Source: Felis catus (Eukaryota). From it: a stretch of DNA of 64,000 bases. Both the position numbers and the translations under genes were made by a program. The stretch covers positions 16,246,001 to 16,310,000 of the forward strand of contig NC_058383.1 in assembly GCF_018350175.1 (NCBI RefSeq), in the 5' to 3' direction. Below, one piece after another: positions 13,678 through 26,700 of this stretch; position 1 is the stretch's first letter; every line of letters starts with the position of its first letter. The notes under the pieces are model-generated. The model had not been told where the DNA came from and did not search any database. It saw only the letters and a program-made list of their open reading frames with translations.

Positions 13678-16600
13678 CTGTGTATAACATGAAATTCTGA
13701 TTATCTTGAAAAAGAAAACCAAAGCTGGAGGCATCACAATCCTAGACTTCAAGCTATACTACAAAGCTGTAATCATCAAGACAGTATGGTACTGGCACAA
13801 GAACAGACACTCAGGTCAATGGAACAGAATACAGAACCCAGAAATGGACCCACAAACGTATGGCCAACTAATCTTTGACAAAGCAGGAAAGAGTATCCAA
13901 TGGAGTAAAGACAGTCTCTTCAGCAAGTGGTGCTGGGAAAACTGGACAGCGACATGCATAAAAATGAACCTGGACCACTTTCTTACACCATACACAAAAA
14001 TAAACTCAAAATGGATGAAAGACCTAAATGTAAGACAGGAAGCCATCAAAATCCTCAAGGAGAAAGCAGGCAAAAACCTCTTTGACCTTGGCTGTAGCAA
14101 CTTCTTACTCAACACATCTCCGGAGGCAAGGTAAACAAAAGCAAAAATGAACTACTGGGACCTCATCAAAATAAAAAGTTTCTGTACAGCGAAGGAAACA
14201 ATCAGCAAAACTAAAAGGCAACTGACAGAATGGGAGAAGATATTTGCAAATGACATATCAGATAGAGGGTTAGTATCCAATCTATAAAGAACTTATCAAA
14301 CTCAACAACTAAAAAACAAATAATCCAGTGAAGAAATGGGCAAAAGACAGGAATAGACACTTCTCCAGAGAAGACATCCAGATGCCCAACCAACACATGA
14401 AAAAATGCTCCACATCACTCATCATCAGGGAAACACAAATCAAAACCACAATGAGACACCACCTCACACCTGTCAGAATGGCTAACATTAACAACTCAGG
14501 CAACAACAGATGTTGGCAAGGATGTGGAGAAAGAGGATCTCTTTTGCATTGCTGGTGGGAATGCAAGCTGGTGCAGCCACTCTGAAAAACAGTATGGAGG
14601 TTCCTCAAAAAACTAAAAATAGAACTACCCTACAACCCAGCAATTGCACTACTAGGCATTTATCCACGGGATACAGGTGTGCTGTTTCGAAGGGACACAT
14701 GCACCCCCATGTTTATAGTAGCACTATCAACAATAGCCAAAGTATGGAAAGGGCCCACATGTCCATCGATAGATGAATGGATAAAGAAGATGTGGTATAT
14801 GTATATACAATGGAGTATTATTCAGCAATCAAAAAGAATGAAATCTTGCCATTTGCAACTATGTGGATGGAACTGGAGGGTATTATGCTAAGTGAAATTA
14901 GTCAGAGAAAGACAAAAATTGTATGACTTCACTCATATGAGGACTTTAAGAGACAAAACAGATGAACATAAGGGAAAGGAAACAAAAATAATATAAAAAC
15001 AGGGAGGGGAACAAAACAGAAGTGACTCATAAATATGGAGAACAAACTGAGGGTTACTGGAGGGGTTGTCGGAGGGGGGAGGGGCTAAATGGGTAAGGGG
15101 CACTAAGGAATCTACTCCTGAAATCATTGTTGCACTATATGCTAGCTAATTTGGATGTCAATTTAAAACAATAAAAAATAAAATAAAAGGAGATTTGAAA
15201 AGACAAAAAAAGAAAAACAAAACAAAATAAGTGAATTCATCAGTTGCCTTATAGAGTCAAGGTACAAATTCTAATTCATCTCTATATCCTAATTTAAAAA
15301 AATGGAGATTTTATAAATGATACTTTTAATGGTATAATAAAAAATGTTGAAAGGCTAGAAATGAAAAGTTTATAGGTCTTGTATATGGGATATTATAAAA
15401 CATTGTGAAAATAAAAGAAAATCAAAAACACACAAAAAAGAAATTGTGATTAAATTGACTAAAAATTTGCACTTGTCTTAAACTTTCCTTTTAAAATTTC
15501 CTACTGCAAATGTGTCAGTTTCTTAAACACCTTCTTTCATATTTGTACCAACTACTTGATATTTAGTGATGCATCTGAAATCCTAAAACTATTTTTAGAA
15601 AATGTATGTTTCCCAAAAGCAGTTTTCTAGAATCAAAGTTAAAAATGAAAAAAGTGGCTTGAATGATACAGGGAGGTCACCCAGAAAAGCACAGCTGGAG
15701 ACCTCCCACCACAGACTACCCAGTAAATTTACATCAACACGTTTTGGCCTAAAGTCTGTCATCAGGGTGTCAGAATTGACAGGACTTGGGAAGATAGATT
15801 CATTATAGTTAATTTAGTTAATTTAGAAGAGTTGGGGGCATATGAACAAGGATATCAATCTACTAACATCTACCGTGAGACAGTACTCTTGGGGGACAAG
15901 ATATCTATCTGAGTTGGCTTGACCAGTACATTTTTGTCCTGGAGGAAAACTTCATAGCAACTGAATTAGAACATCAAGGAAGCAGCGGGGTATAGGATCA
16001 GAGCAAGGACAACCGCAGTGGGAGTGATAAAGCCAGCCTCCTTAAGATCAATTTGTACATCTCAGCTCTCATACCCATAAGCTCAACTCTGAGGGTGACC
16101 CAAGCTTTTAGGCGCTTTTGTGGTGAAGGAGGGATCTCTTGCTATTGCTCCCATGGGCTACCCCTAAATGATATTAAATTCTTTAACCTTTATATCTAGA
16201 ATTAAGTGATTGATAGCTTCACAAAAATTACAAATCTGATTGGTAAATTATTGAAATTAAGCAGATCACTTTAATGTGCATTCTAACTTAGAGGTGGGGA
16301 AAAACTGTCTTTCATTGATAGTGATAAATATTCAGGATTATTAATTTCATTATGAATTTTTCTAATTCAGTTACAGTAGGCAAAGAAAACGTACTTGCCT
16401 TAGCCTCGTAATAATCAGAAGCATGTACTGAAGAGGAGATCACCATCTTAAATAGTTACCTATATGCCAAAATATAAATTGAATGCTGAGCTGTATTTAT
16501 AAATAATTTTTTAAGTAACTGAAGAATAAATCTCAGTACTTCCTTGTGAAGGCCACGGTGGACAAATCTTTTTTTTTTTTAAGTTTATTTATTTATTTAT

Positions 16601-17663
16601 TTATTTATTTAGACAGCAGAGTGCATGAGTGAAGGAGGGGGTGTGTGTGTGGGGTAAGACACAGAATCCTAAGCAGGCTCCACACTGTCAGCTGAACTGA
16701 CAGTTGTGGGGTTCAAATCCACAAACCAGGAGATCATGACCTGAGCTGATAATAAGAGTTGGATGCTCAACTGACTGAGCCACCCAGGCACCCCCATGGT
16801 GGGCAAGTCTTAATTAGTAACATGCAAAAATAGAAATAATGAATGATCCTATTCTGTGGGCAACTAAATTATTACATTTATAAGGCCCCTCCCTAAAAAA
16901 GGTCCCTTAATAAAATGGTGCCTATAGGTACTAACTGTATAACACTATACAATTAAATATGTATTTCTTAGTTTTCAAATTAAAAAAAATTCTAAGTTGC
17001 ATTATGTAGCCTTTGATGACCCAAGAAGAAAAGATTTATTAGAAATATGAATCATGGGGGCACCTGGCTGGCTCAGTTGGTGAAGTGTGCAACTCTTGAT
17101 GTCTGGGATGTGGGGTCAAGCCCCATGTTGGGTACAGAGATTACTTAAAAAGAAACTCTTAAAAAAAAAAAAGAATCACAGAGCCATTTTTTGGATCTAG
17201 ATCTTAGAAATTATGTAGTTCAAAGCAAGAAAGTTCAAAACGGAAAATAAAAAGAACACATGGAAGGAAATGGATAGTGCTTTCGTTTAAATCAAGGCTA
17301 GCACAGCAGACCCTCAGACTAAATCCCCTGCTCTGTTGCTTGTTTTGATGGCCCAGGACCTAAGAATGATTTCTACATTTTTAAATGCTTGAAAATCTAA
17401 TCAAAAGAATATTTCATGATACATGAAAACCATGACATTCAAATTTCAGCAACCATAAATAAAGTTTTGTTGGAACACAGCCATGCTCACCCATTTACAA
17501 ATAGCTCACGGCTGCTTGCACACTAAAATAGCAGAGTTAAATAATCGTTATGGACCCAGAACAGTCCACACAGCCTAAAATATATTTTTTTTAATGTTTT
17601 ATGTTTTAGTTTTATTTTTGAGAGAGCCAGACAGAGAGAGACAGAGCACGAGTGGGGGAGGGG

Positions 17664-17709
<46 letters not shown>

Positions 17710-20700
17710 CAGAAGACACAGAATCTATGAAGCAGGCTCTAGGCTCCAAGCTGTCAGCAGAGAGCATGATGCAGGGTTCAAACCGGTGAACCATGATATC
17801 ATGACCTGAGCTGACATCAGACGCTTAACTGACTGAACCACCCAGGCACACCAAAGCCTAAAATATTTATTATTTGTTCCTTTACAGAAAAGGTTGCCAA
17901 CCTGATTTAAATAAAATATTCTCTATTCCTAATTTTTAAAGTGTTTCTTATTAGAAATTAGTGTCTCTAGGGGCGCCTGGGTGGCTCAGTCAGTTAAGCG
18001 TCCAACTTCAGCTGAGGTCATGGCCTCATGGTTTCTGAGATCGAGCCCCGCGTCAGGCTCTGTGCTGACAGCTCGGAGCCTGGAGCCTGCTTTAGATTCT
18101 GTGTCTCCCTCTCTCTCTGCCCTTCTCCTGCTCATGATCTGTCGCTCTCAAAAATAAATAAACTTTTTTTTCTTTAAAGAAATTAGTATCTCTAATAAAA
18201 TAAAACTGGTATTCAATATTTTCAAATGACTTCTGAACATGGATTAAGATGATTTTTAAACTGTCTTTTAAATTATGATTTAAAACACTCTGGCCACCTA
18301 GATTTTTAAAATATCAATACTTTACATTTTCTCGTATTTGTTTCAGACTGAACACCACAGAAACAGGTGAAGCTCCCTTTGCATTCTCCTCCCCACCCCC
18401 ACCCACCCTCCCCCATGAGTTACATTCTGGAAGCAGTTACCTCTTTTGAAGACATGTCTTCCTGTCTATGGTTTTGTATTTCTACTTCATATGTATGTAT
18501 CCATGAACAACAGTTCTATCTTTTCATATAATTGTTATATACAACTTGTTTATAGGACTCTTTTGTTACATCATTTAAAAATTTACCTAAGGGCACCTGG
18601 GTGGCTCAGTTGGTTAAGCCTCCCACTTTGGCTCCGGTCATGATCTCACGGTTTGTGAATTCAAGCCCTGCGTCCAGCTCTGTGCTGACAACTCAGAGCC
18701 TGGAGCCTGCTTTAGATTCTGTGTCTCCCTCTCTCTGCCCCTCCCCCATTTGCGCTCTCTCTCAAAAATAAATAGACATGAAAACAACTTTACCTAAAAA
18801 GACATCACGTTGTACACATTCTTTAACTAGCTCTTTCTCTTGAACTTGGTGTTTTCAATGCTTATCCATATGCAGATCTGTTTTACTTTAACCACCATAT
18901 AAGATTCTACTGCAGAGGCGTGCCTGGGTGGCTCAGTTGGTTAAGCGTCCACCTTTGGCTCAGGTCATGATCTTGCAGTTCATGGATTTGAGCCCCGTGT
19001 AGGGCTCTGTGCTGACAGGTCAGAGCCTGGAGCCTGCTTCAGATTCTGTGTCTCCCTCTCTTTCTGCCTCTCCCCCTGCTTGTGTTCTCTCAAAAATAAA
19101 CATTAAAAAAAAAAAAAAGATTCTACTGCATGAATATATATAATCTATTCCCCTCAGGCACAGAAGTTGTTTACAAGTTTGGCAACTGGCCTTGGCAAAG
19201 ACCTTTTCTTCTTATGTAACCACTAGTTTCTGCCCTCTATTCAACATTTACCAACCACCCAGGATGTGCCAGGTCTTGTAGACAGAGTTGTAGAACTAGA
19301 AACTAGAGACTCCACTGGGGTGACAAGTGCTCTAACAGAGGCATGGGGGCCGGGTATTTGGGGTGCAGAAGCCAGACACCTATTACAGCCTCAACTATGT
19401 TATATTTATCAATGTCCTCTTTTTAAATTATTCTTGGTTTCATGGTATAAATTCTCTTTGGTAAGGTGTGTGCATCATTAGCAGCTTTACTGAGGTATAT
19501 TTTACATCCTGTAAAATATCACTTAGGTATAAATATACCTAAATCACTTAGGTATAAATATATATACATTTATATATTATATATATATATATACATATAT
19601 ATATATTTAGTAAATTTACAGACTTATGCAATCATCACAATCCAGTTGTGCTAAAAGATCCCTTGTGCCCATCTACAATCATTTTCTGTTCCCAGCTCTA
19701 GCCCCAGGAAACCACTGATCTTTCTGTCTCTATAGATTTGCTTTTTCTGGATATTTCATACAAATGGAATCACAGAATATGTGCTGCTTTGGACTCTTTC
19801 ACATAGCATGTTATTGAGGTTCACCTATATTTGTAGTGCATATCAGCAGTTCACTTCTTTTTACTGTTGAATAGTATTCCATTATGTGGATGCAGCACAG
19901 CCTATTTTTCCATCACTCTGCTGATGGGCATTTTAGGCTATTTCCACTATTTGGTTATTATGAAATGCTATGATCACTGTATATGAGTTTATATGAATGC
20001 ATGCTTTCATTCTCTTGGGTATATACCTAGGAATAGAACTGTGAGGTCATATGGTAATTCCATGTTTAACATTTTGAGTAACTGCCTATTTTCCGAAGTG
20101 GCTGTACCACTTAACATTCTCATCAGCAATGTATGCGGGCCCCAAGTGATTCACAACTTCACCAACATGTGTTATTATCTGTCTTCTTAGTGAAAGCCAT
20201 CTGAATGTTTGTGATGTCTTCTCTCTTTGTGATTTTACTTTGCATTTCCTTAATGACTGGGAGTGTTGAGCACTTTTTCACGTGCTTATTAGGCATTTAT
20301 ACATTTCTTTTGGTGAAATGTCTATTCAAATCCCTTGCCCACTGAAAAATTTTTTAAAAAATTTATTCCATGATTATTTATTTTTTATTGTGGTAAAAAC
20401 ACAAAACATTAAACTTACCTCAGCCATTTCACAGTTTAGTAGTGTCACAAGCACTCACATTGTTGTGCGAGGGATCTCCAGAACTTTTTGATCTTGTCAA
20501 ATTTAAACTCAATACTCACTAAACACCAAGTCCCCTCCACCTGGACCCTGGCAACTATTCATTTTCCATTACTGTGATTCTAACTACTTTAGAGACTTTG
20601 TTATTAGTGGAATCATATACTATTTGTCCTTTTATGAATGGCTTAATGTCCTCAAGGCTTATCCATATTGTAGCACATGGCAGAGTTTCCTTCTTTGAAA

Positions 20701-23700
20701 GGCTGCATAATATTCCCTTATATGTATATATCACATTTTCTTTATCCATTCATCTCTCGATGGATATTTGGGTTGCTTCCACCTCTTGGTTACTGTAACT
20801 AATGCTTGCAATGAAAATTAATGGGAAAATATCTCTGAGATGCTGCTTTGAATTCTTTTGATTAGAAACTTAGAAGTGTTGATCATATGGTTATTCTATT
20901 TTTAATGTTTTGAGGAACCTCTATATTGTTTTCCATAATTACTACAACATTTTACATTCCTACCAACTGCACAAAGGTTCCAATTTTTCTGTATCTTCAC
21001 CATACTTGTTACTTTCTGTTCTCTTGATAATGGCCATCATAAAAGGTGTGAGATGATATCTTGTTTTAGGGTTTTTTTAAATCTCATTTGATTTGCATTT
21101 CTCTTATGATAAATGATGCTAAGCATCTTTTCATATGCTTTTTGGCTGTTTGTATATCTGTGAAGAATCGTCTATTCAAATCCTTTGTCCATTTTTGAAA
21201 TGGGTTATTTGTCTTCTTATTACTGAGTTGTAGGACTTTACATATACTAGATACAAGTCCTTTATCAGATATGATTTGTAAAATTTTCTCCCAGTCTTGT
21301 GACTTGCATTTTAATTTTTTAAATGATGCCCTCTGAATTACAAAGTTTTTAATTTTGATAAATTATAATCTATCATTTTCTTTCATGGATTTGGTGTTAT
21401 ATGCTTAACCTAGGTCACAAAGACTCTCTCCTACGTTTGCTTCTAACCTTTATGTTATGGTTAATTTCTGTGTACAATGTGAGGCAGGGGTCTAAATTCA
21501 TCCTTTTGCAAAGATATCAAGTTGTCTTAGCACCCTTTGTTGAAAAGACTATCCCCATGGAATTTACTTGGTGCATGTGCTGAAATTTACTTGGTGCATG
21601 TGTTGAATTTACTTGGTGCATGTGTTGAAAATTTACTTGGTACAAATGATTCATATTTATGAGTTTATTTATGGACTTGCACTTCTGTTCCACTGATCTG
21701 TATATACCTGTTCTTATGCCAGTACCACACTGTCTTGATTACTGTAGCTTTGTAGTCAGTTTTGAAATTGAGATCTGTGAGTCCTCCAACTTTGTTCTTT
21801 TTTAAGGTTGTGTTAGCTATTTGGGTCCTTTGCATTTCTGAAGCCTGCCGGGATTTTGATTGGAATTGTGATGAACCTATGGATCAGTTTGGGGAAAAGC
21901 TGGTAGTCTGCTACTTAAGTGAAGAAAAAAACCCCGAGCAACTGTGTCATTGTGGTGCTGTTTATGTGACAAAAACATTTCAAAAAAAGGTAATATCCAA
22001 GAATATGAAATTACTTAATGCAACACTGGGTTTTATTAAAAAAAAAAAATAGAGGTGCTTGGGTGGCTCAGTTGGTTAAGTGTCCGACTTTGGCTTAGGT
22101 CAAGATCTCACATTTTGGGAGTTTGAGCCCCGTGTGGGTCTCTGTGCTGACAGCTCAGCGCCTGGAGCCTGCTTCAGATTCTGTGTTTCCCTCTCTCTCT
22201 GCCCTTCCCCTGCTCATGCTCTGTCTCTCTCAAAAATAAACAAACATTAAAAAAAATTAAAAAAAAAAAACAGAGTCCTTATCTCTTAGAGATATATACT
22301 GAAATATTTATGGATGACATGACATGCTGTTTGGATTTACTTTCAAATAATTTGGGTTGGGAGAGTTAGACCTAAGCAAGACCAGCCATGTGTTGGTAAC
22401 TACTGAAACTAAGCGATGGGAATGGAAGGGGGTGGGTGGGGCAGGGAGATCCACGGTATTAGTCTCTCTAGTTCTGTATACGTTTGAAAAATTCTGTAAT
22501 AGAAACATCAAACAAAACAGTCTAATATCAAATCATGGTTTTATCCCCAGATTTTATTCCTGAATTAACACTATGGCCTAAAATAATCTATTAATAAGAT
22601 TACAAAGTCACCATTTGGTAATATACTTACCAGTAATTGCCCCATTCAATCATAGTTCCTGGCTGAAAAGAGATTTGGATTTTGAGTTTGTTAGTTCTGT
22701 GAAGAAATACAGGAACAGCAGTATAAAAAATATCAAATGACAAAACTAACTTAAAAATGAAGTATAACAAAATAAAAAATGTAACAAAATATTATTCACT
22801 GCGCACATATCTATCCCATAGTGAGAGTCCTATTCTATTCTATTCTATTCTATTCTATTCTATTCTATTCTATTCTATTCTAATTTCATACACGAAGACA
22901 ATATTTATAGTAAGTCATCTAATTATGGTTATCAAAACCATAGTTGAGCCCATCCTCCAGATGTCCTGAAATCATGATTAAGTTGTTGGTACCCATTCAG
23001 ACTTTATGGTGAAATAAGAAAAAAAATTCAATTTAAGTAAATTTAACAAGGACATCACTATTTTTTTTCCAGTATAATGGTGAGTATTAGACTACTAAGA
23101 TCTACTGATGTGTACTCCTTTTAACAACATTGCTATGTTGCTATCTGGGTTTTATTTCTTTTTTTTTTTTCTTAAATATAATTATTGTCAAATTGGCTTC
23201 CATACGACACCCAGTGTTCATCCCAACAAGTTGGGGCTTTCTTTCTAGTAGTCACTTAGTGGGGAAACATCAAGAAAGTTTTAAAATATTATTCCTTTTG
23301 ACTCTTATGGTGCCGTCTAACTTATTCAGCAGTCTCATTTTTATTATATAGAGAAGTAGTTGCTCTAGTTCAATTACAGTAGATGCTCTGTATTATAGCT
23401 AGTCCTGCATTTTAGGTCTTTCCTCTTAAAAATAGCAATGCTATACAGAAAAAAGTCAAATGACAAACATTATGTGTAAGATTATAAAAAATAAAAGCTT
23501 AGCAAAAGAGAAGGAATGAGAGAGAAGAAGATTAAAAAAAAGAAAGAAGAGAAGGACTGGACAGGGGATAAAATAAGCCAATCAAAATATTAAGCCAAAC
23601 ACATCACAAAATGTAAAGTCCACTTGTGTGGTAGGCATTGGGCTGCCAGTGCTTCCTCACAGAAGCACGGGAGGACAGCTGGTGGGTATTTCTGTACTTA

Positions 23701-26700
23701 CTCGGAGCTGGTAAGATCGGAGTTCATATATATTCGGTCCTGACCGTGGGACAGGCTCATTCCAGAAACTGAACTCCAACAGCAGCTGATTCTTCCTAGA
23801 GAGAAGCATGTTGCTTCTTGCCTTGCGGAATTCCACAAATGCCTTTGAGGGAAAAAACATGCTCATTATATCTTCTAGGATTTACATATAAATCCACTTT
23901 AGTATCACTTATGTTCCTCTTAGAATACTATCAAAAACAGAGCCCCAGGTGGCCCAAGACAGCCCCAGTTCACATCCCGTTGAACCAGCATAATAACTAA
24001 AGCATTCATTTTCAGTCTCAAAAGTGTCCAGATTTAGACACCAAACTACACAGCCATCTAATTACTTAAATAACAATATTAACTACTGAAATAACAACTT
24101 AATCTCCTACCTTTTAAAGTCCTCCTAACAGTGTCTGACAGCATATTAACAAAAGTGACATAGAGACTACAAAACACCAGATAGTCCAAAGCCACTTATA
24201 TTTGTACAGGGAATCTACACCAAAGGTTTTCTTTCCTAATAATGGACGGCTGTTAAAATTCTCTTCATTGACCTGCACCTATTCCTGAAGGGAGTGGGGA
24301 GGACAGGGATGTCAGCCCAAAGGAAATACTATGTGGTTGACAGTTCCTGAAGCAGGTATGTGTTAGGTAATCCAGGGCTGTGTCTACTGTGCTGACTTAC
24401 TGGCATCAAAGTACCAGTTTCTCAGTTTCAAAGTACAACTGATTTTATAGTGAGAACTGTTATGTTAACAGTATTACAATGGGTTAGTTATGTTTCAATA
24501 CAACTTCAAGAATCCAAAGAGTAAAACTTGTATTAATGTTAAAGAATGGTGACAGAAAAGAGTCATTTAATTCTGTGCTACCATTTATTGTATTAGTCTG
24601 AATACATAAACCTTTTTCAAAATCATTACCTGATTTTCTCTTAGTTTATTCATGACCTCTGTGAGGGCTGGATAGCCTCCTTCGTACCTCCAGAGGTGGA
24701 CTGAAATATATTTTGAAAGATAACATACATTTAGAGTTTTATGACACTCCTACCTTGAAAATATTCTATATACACACAACGTTAACACAATACAAAACTG
24801 TAATGTGCCATGTGGTAGCCTACGAGTATATCATAAAGTTTCAATATAGATTCAAGCGTTAAAACAATACAAAAGTAGTTTTTGTAATCAATTACTGGAG
24901 AAACTACTTTAGCCATAAAACCAGACTGACACTTGGAAAGCTTTGATTTTAAAAGCAAACATTAAATATTATGTATGTCGTTAACAGTAAAGGCTTAGGG
25001 AACAAGTGTTTATTCCAAAGACTTCTGCTTCCTACCAGCTTGATCTTGCTCGCCATACCACGTGTTCCAAGTCCCCACCAAAGTACAAGGGTAATGCTTA
25101 TCTTCGTGAATCTTTGGCAACACCTCTTGACTTAAAGAGAAGAAATAGCAACACCAATTAAACAACTGACAAGATTATACCAGATGGACAACACATGATC
25201 AGCAATAGGAAAAAGGCCATCTACTCTGTTCCAACAACTGACCTCAGAATATTTATGATACTATAATGTGCAGAATTAACATTTTAGCTGAATTCTACTA
25301 TGCTCTAATGTCCCACTTATCGTAAGGTTAGGTTTCTGTTACCCAGCTACCTACAATCGTTGTAAACAACTCAAGGAAAGTGATAAAAATGGATAAGGAA
25401 GAGCAAAAGGTCCCAGGGTTCCAGGAACTACATGGATCTACTATTTGCTATTTCAGGAAAAAAAAAAAGTACCTAGGAATGGTGAAGTTTCTAAAAGCTA
25501 TGTTCTGCTGGTTCCCAAGGTAGGAAGGAGAGAAACAGGAACAGTAGAAAAAGAGCATGGAAGAAATAAGAGAAGAAAGTAATGTTTAAGATAGGGGAGA
25601 CAACAGAAGCAGCATAAGTAGGCAGAAGTGGCAGGGGCAGAGAATACGTTGGCCATAAGAAGGGAGGAAGAAGAAAGAGCTAGAACACAACACAGTCTGG
25701 AAGCAACCCAGCTCTAACAGTCTCAGAGGGCATGGACATGGCAAAACAATCCAAATTAAAGATACAACATGGAGCATAAATTGGGTTCTATTCAATTCAA
25801 CCAGCTGAGGGGATTTAGGAAGTATCACATAATCCCACGTTGAACACACACCCCCAATTCATTACCAGTGATTGTACAGGAGTAGTAGCAAAGCCATGGC
25901 AGGTCATAGCAGTATATTAATTTAACAGAGGTGTCAGTACTTGGATCCATTGAAACCTTCCTATGGTACAGATTCGAATGTACAGGGAAGAGCCATTAAC
26001 TGTGCCATACCAAAAGAAAAGCTAAAATCTGCACACTTTTTGATAGAAAAATTATGATGAAAAAGTACAACAGAAATTCAACAATAAATGCAAAAGGATA
26101 TCAAGGGTCAGAAATGGAACCTGTTCAAACGATTTGCTAACACTGAGTGATATTAACTTACTGATCACCACCAGATGCTAGGGCACCAGAACGGAGTATA
26201 CATGCATAGTTAACAGAGAAAATCTCAGAATGTTCTTATATTTAACTAAATGAAAACCCATGTATTTTTATGACTCAGTACAATGACCACACCATGTGTA
26301 ATTTTTGAAATGCCACCCTTCAAAAAATACACATGATGTGATCATTGTAGTGGGTCAAAAATACTTATGTTTAGGGGCACCTGAGTGGCTCCATTGGCTA
26401 AGCATCCAACTTCGGCTCAGGTCATGATCTTATGGGTCGTGAGTTCAAGCCCTGCATCAGGGTCGCTACTGTCAGCACAGCAGATCCTCTGTCCCCCTTT
26501 CTCTGCCTGTCCCCTGCTTGTGCTGTTTCTCTCAAAAATAAATAAATAAACATTAAAAAAAGACTTTTTATTAAAAAAACTTTTTTTAACGTTTATTTAT
26601 TTTTTGAGACAGAGAGAGACAGAGCATGAACGGGGGAGGGTCAGAGAGAAAGAGGGAGACACAGAATCTGAAACAGGCTCCAGGCTCTGAGCTGTCAGCA

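Noticed and set aside
21559..21643. Repeat array superficially CRISPR-like
   Set aside because: No unique spacers, eukaryotic context; simple minisatellite inside an L1.
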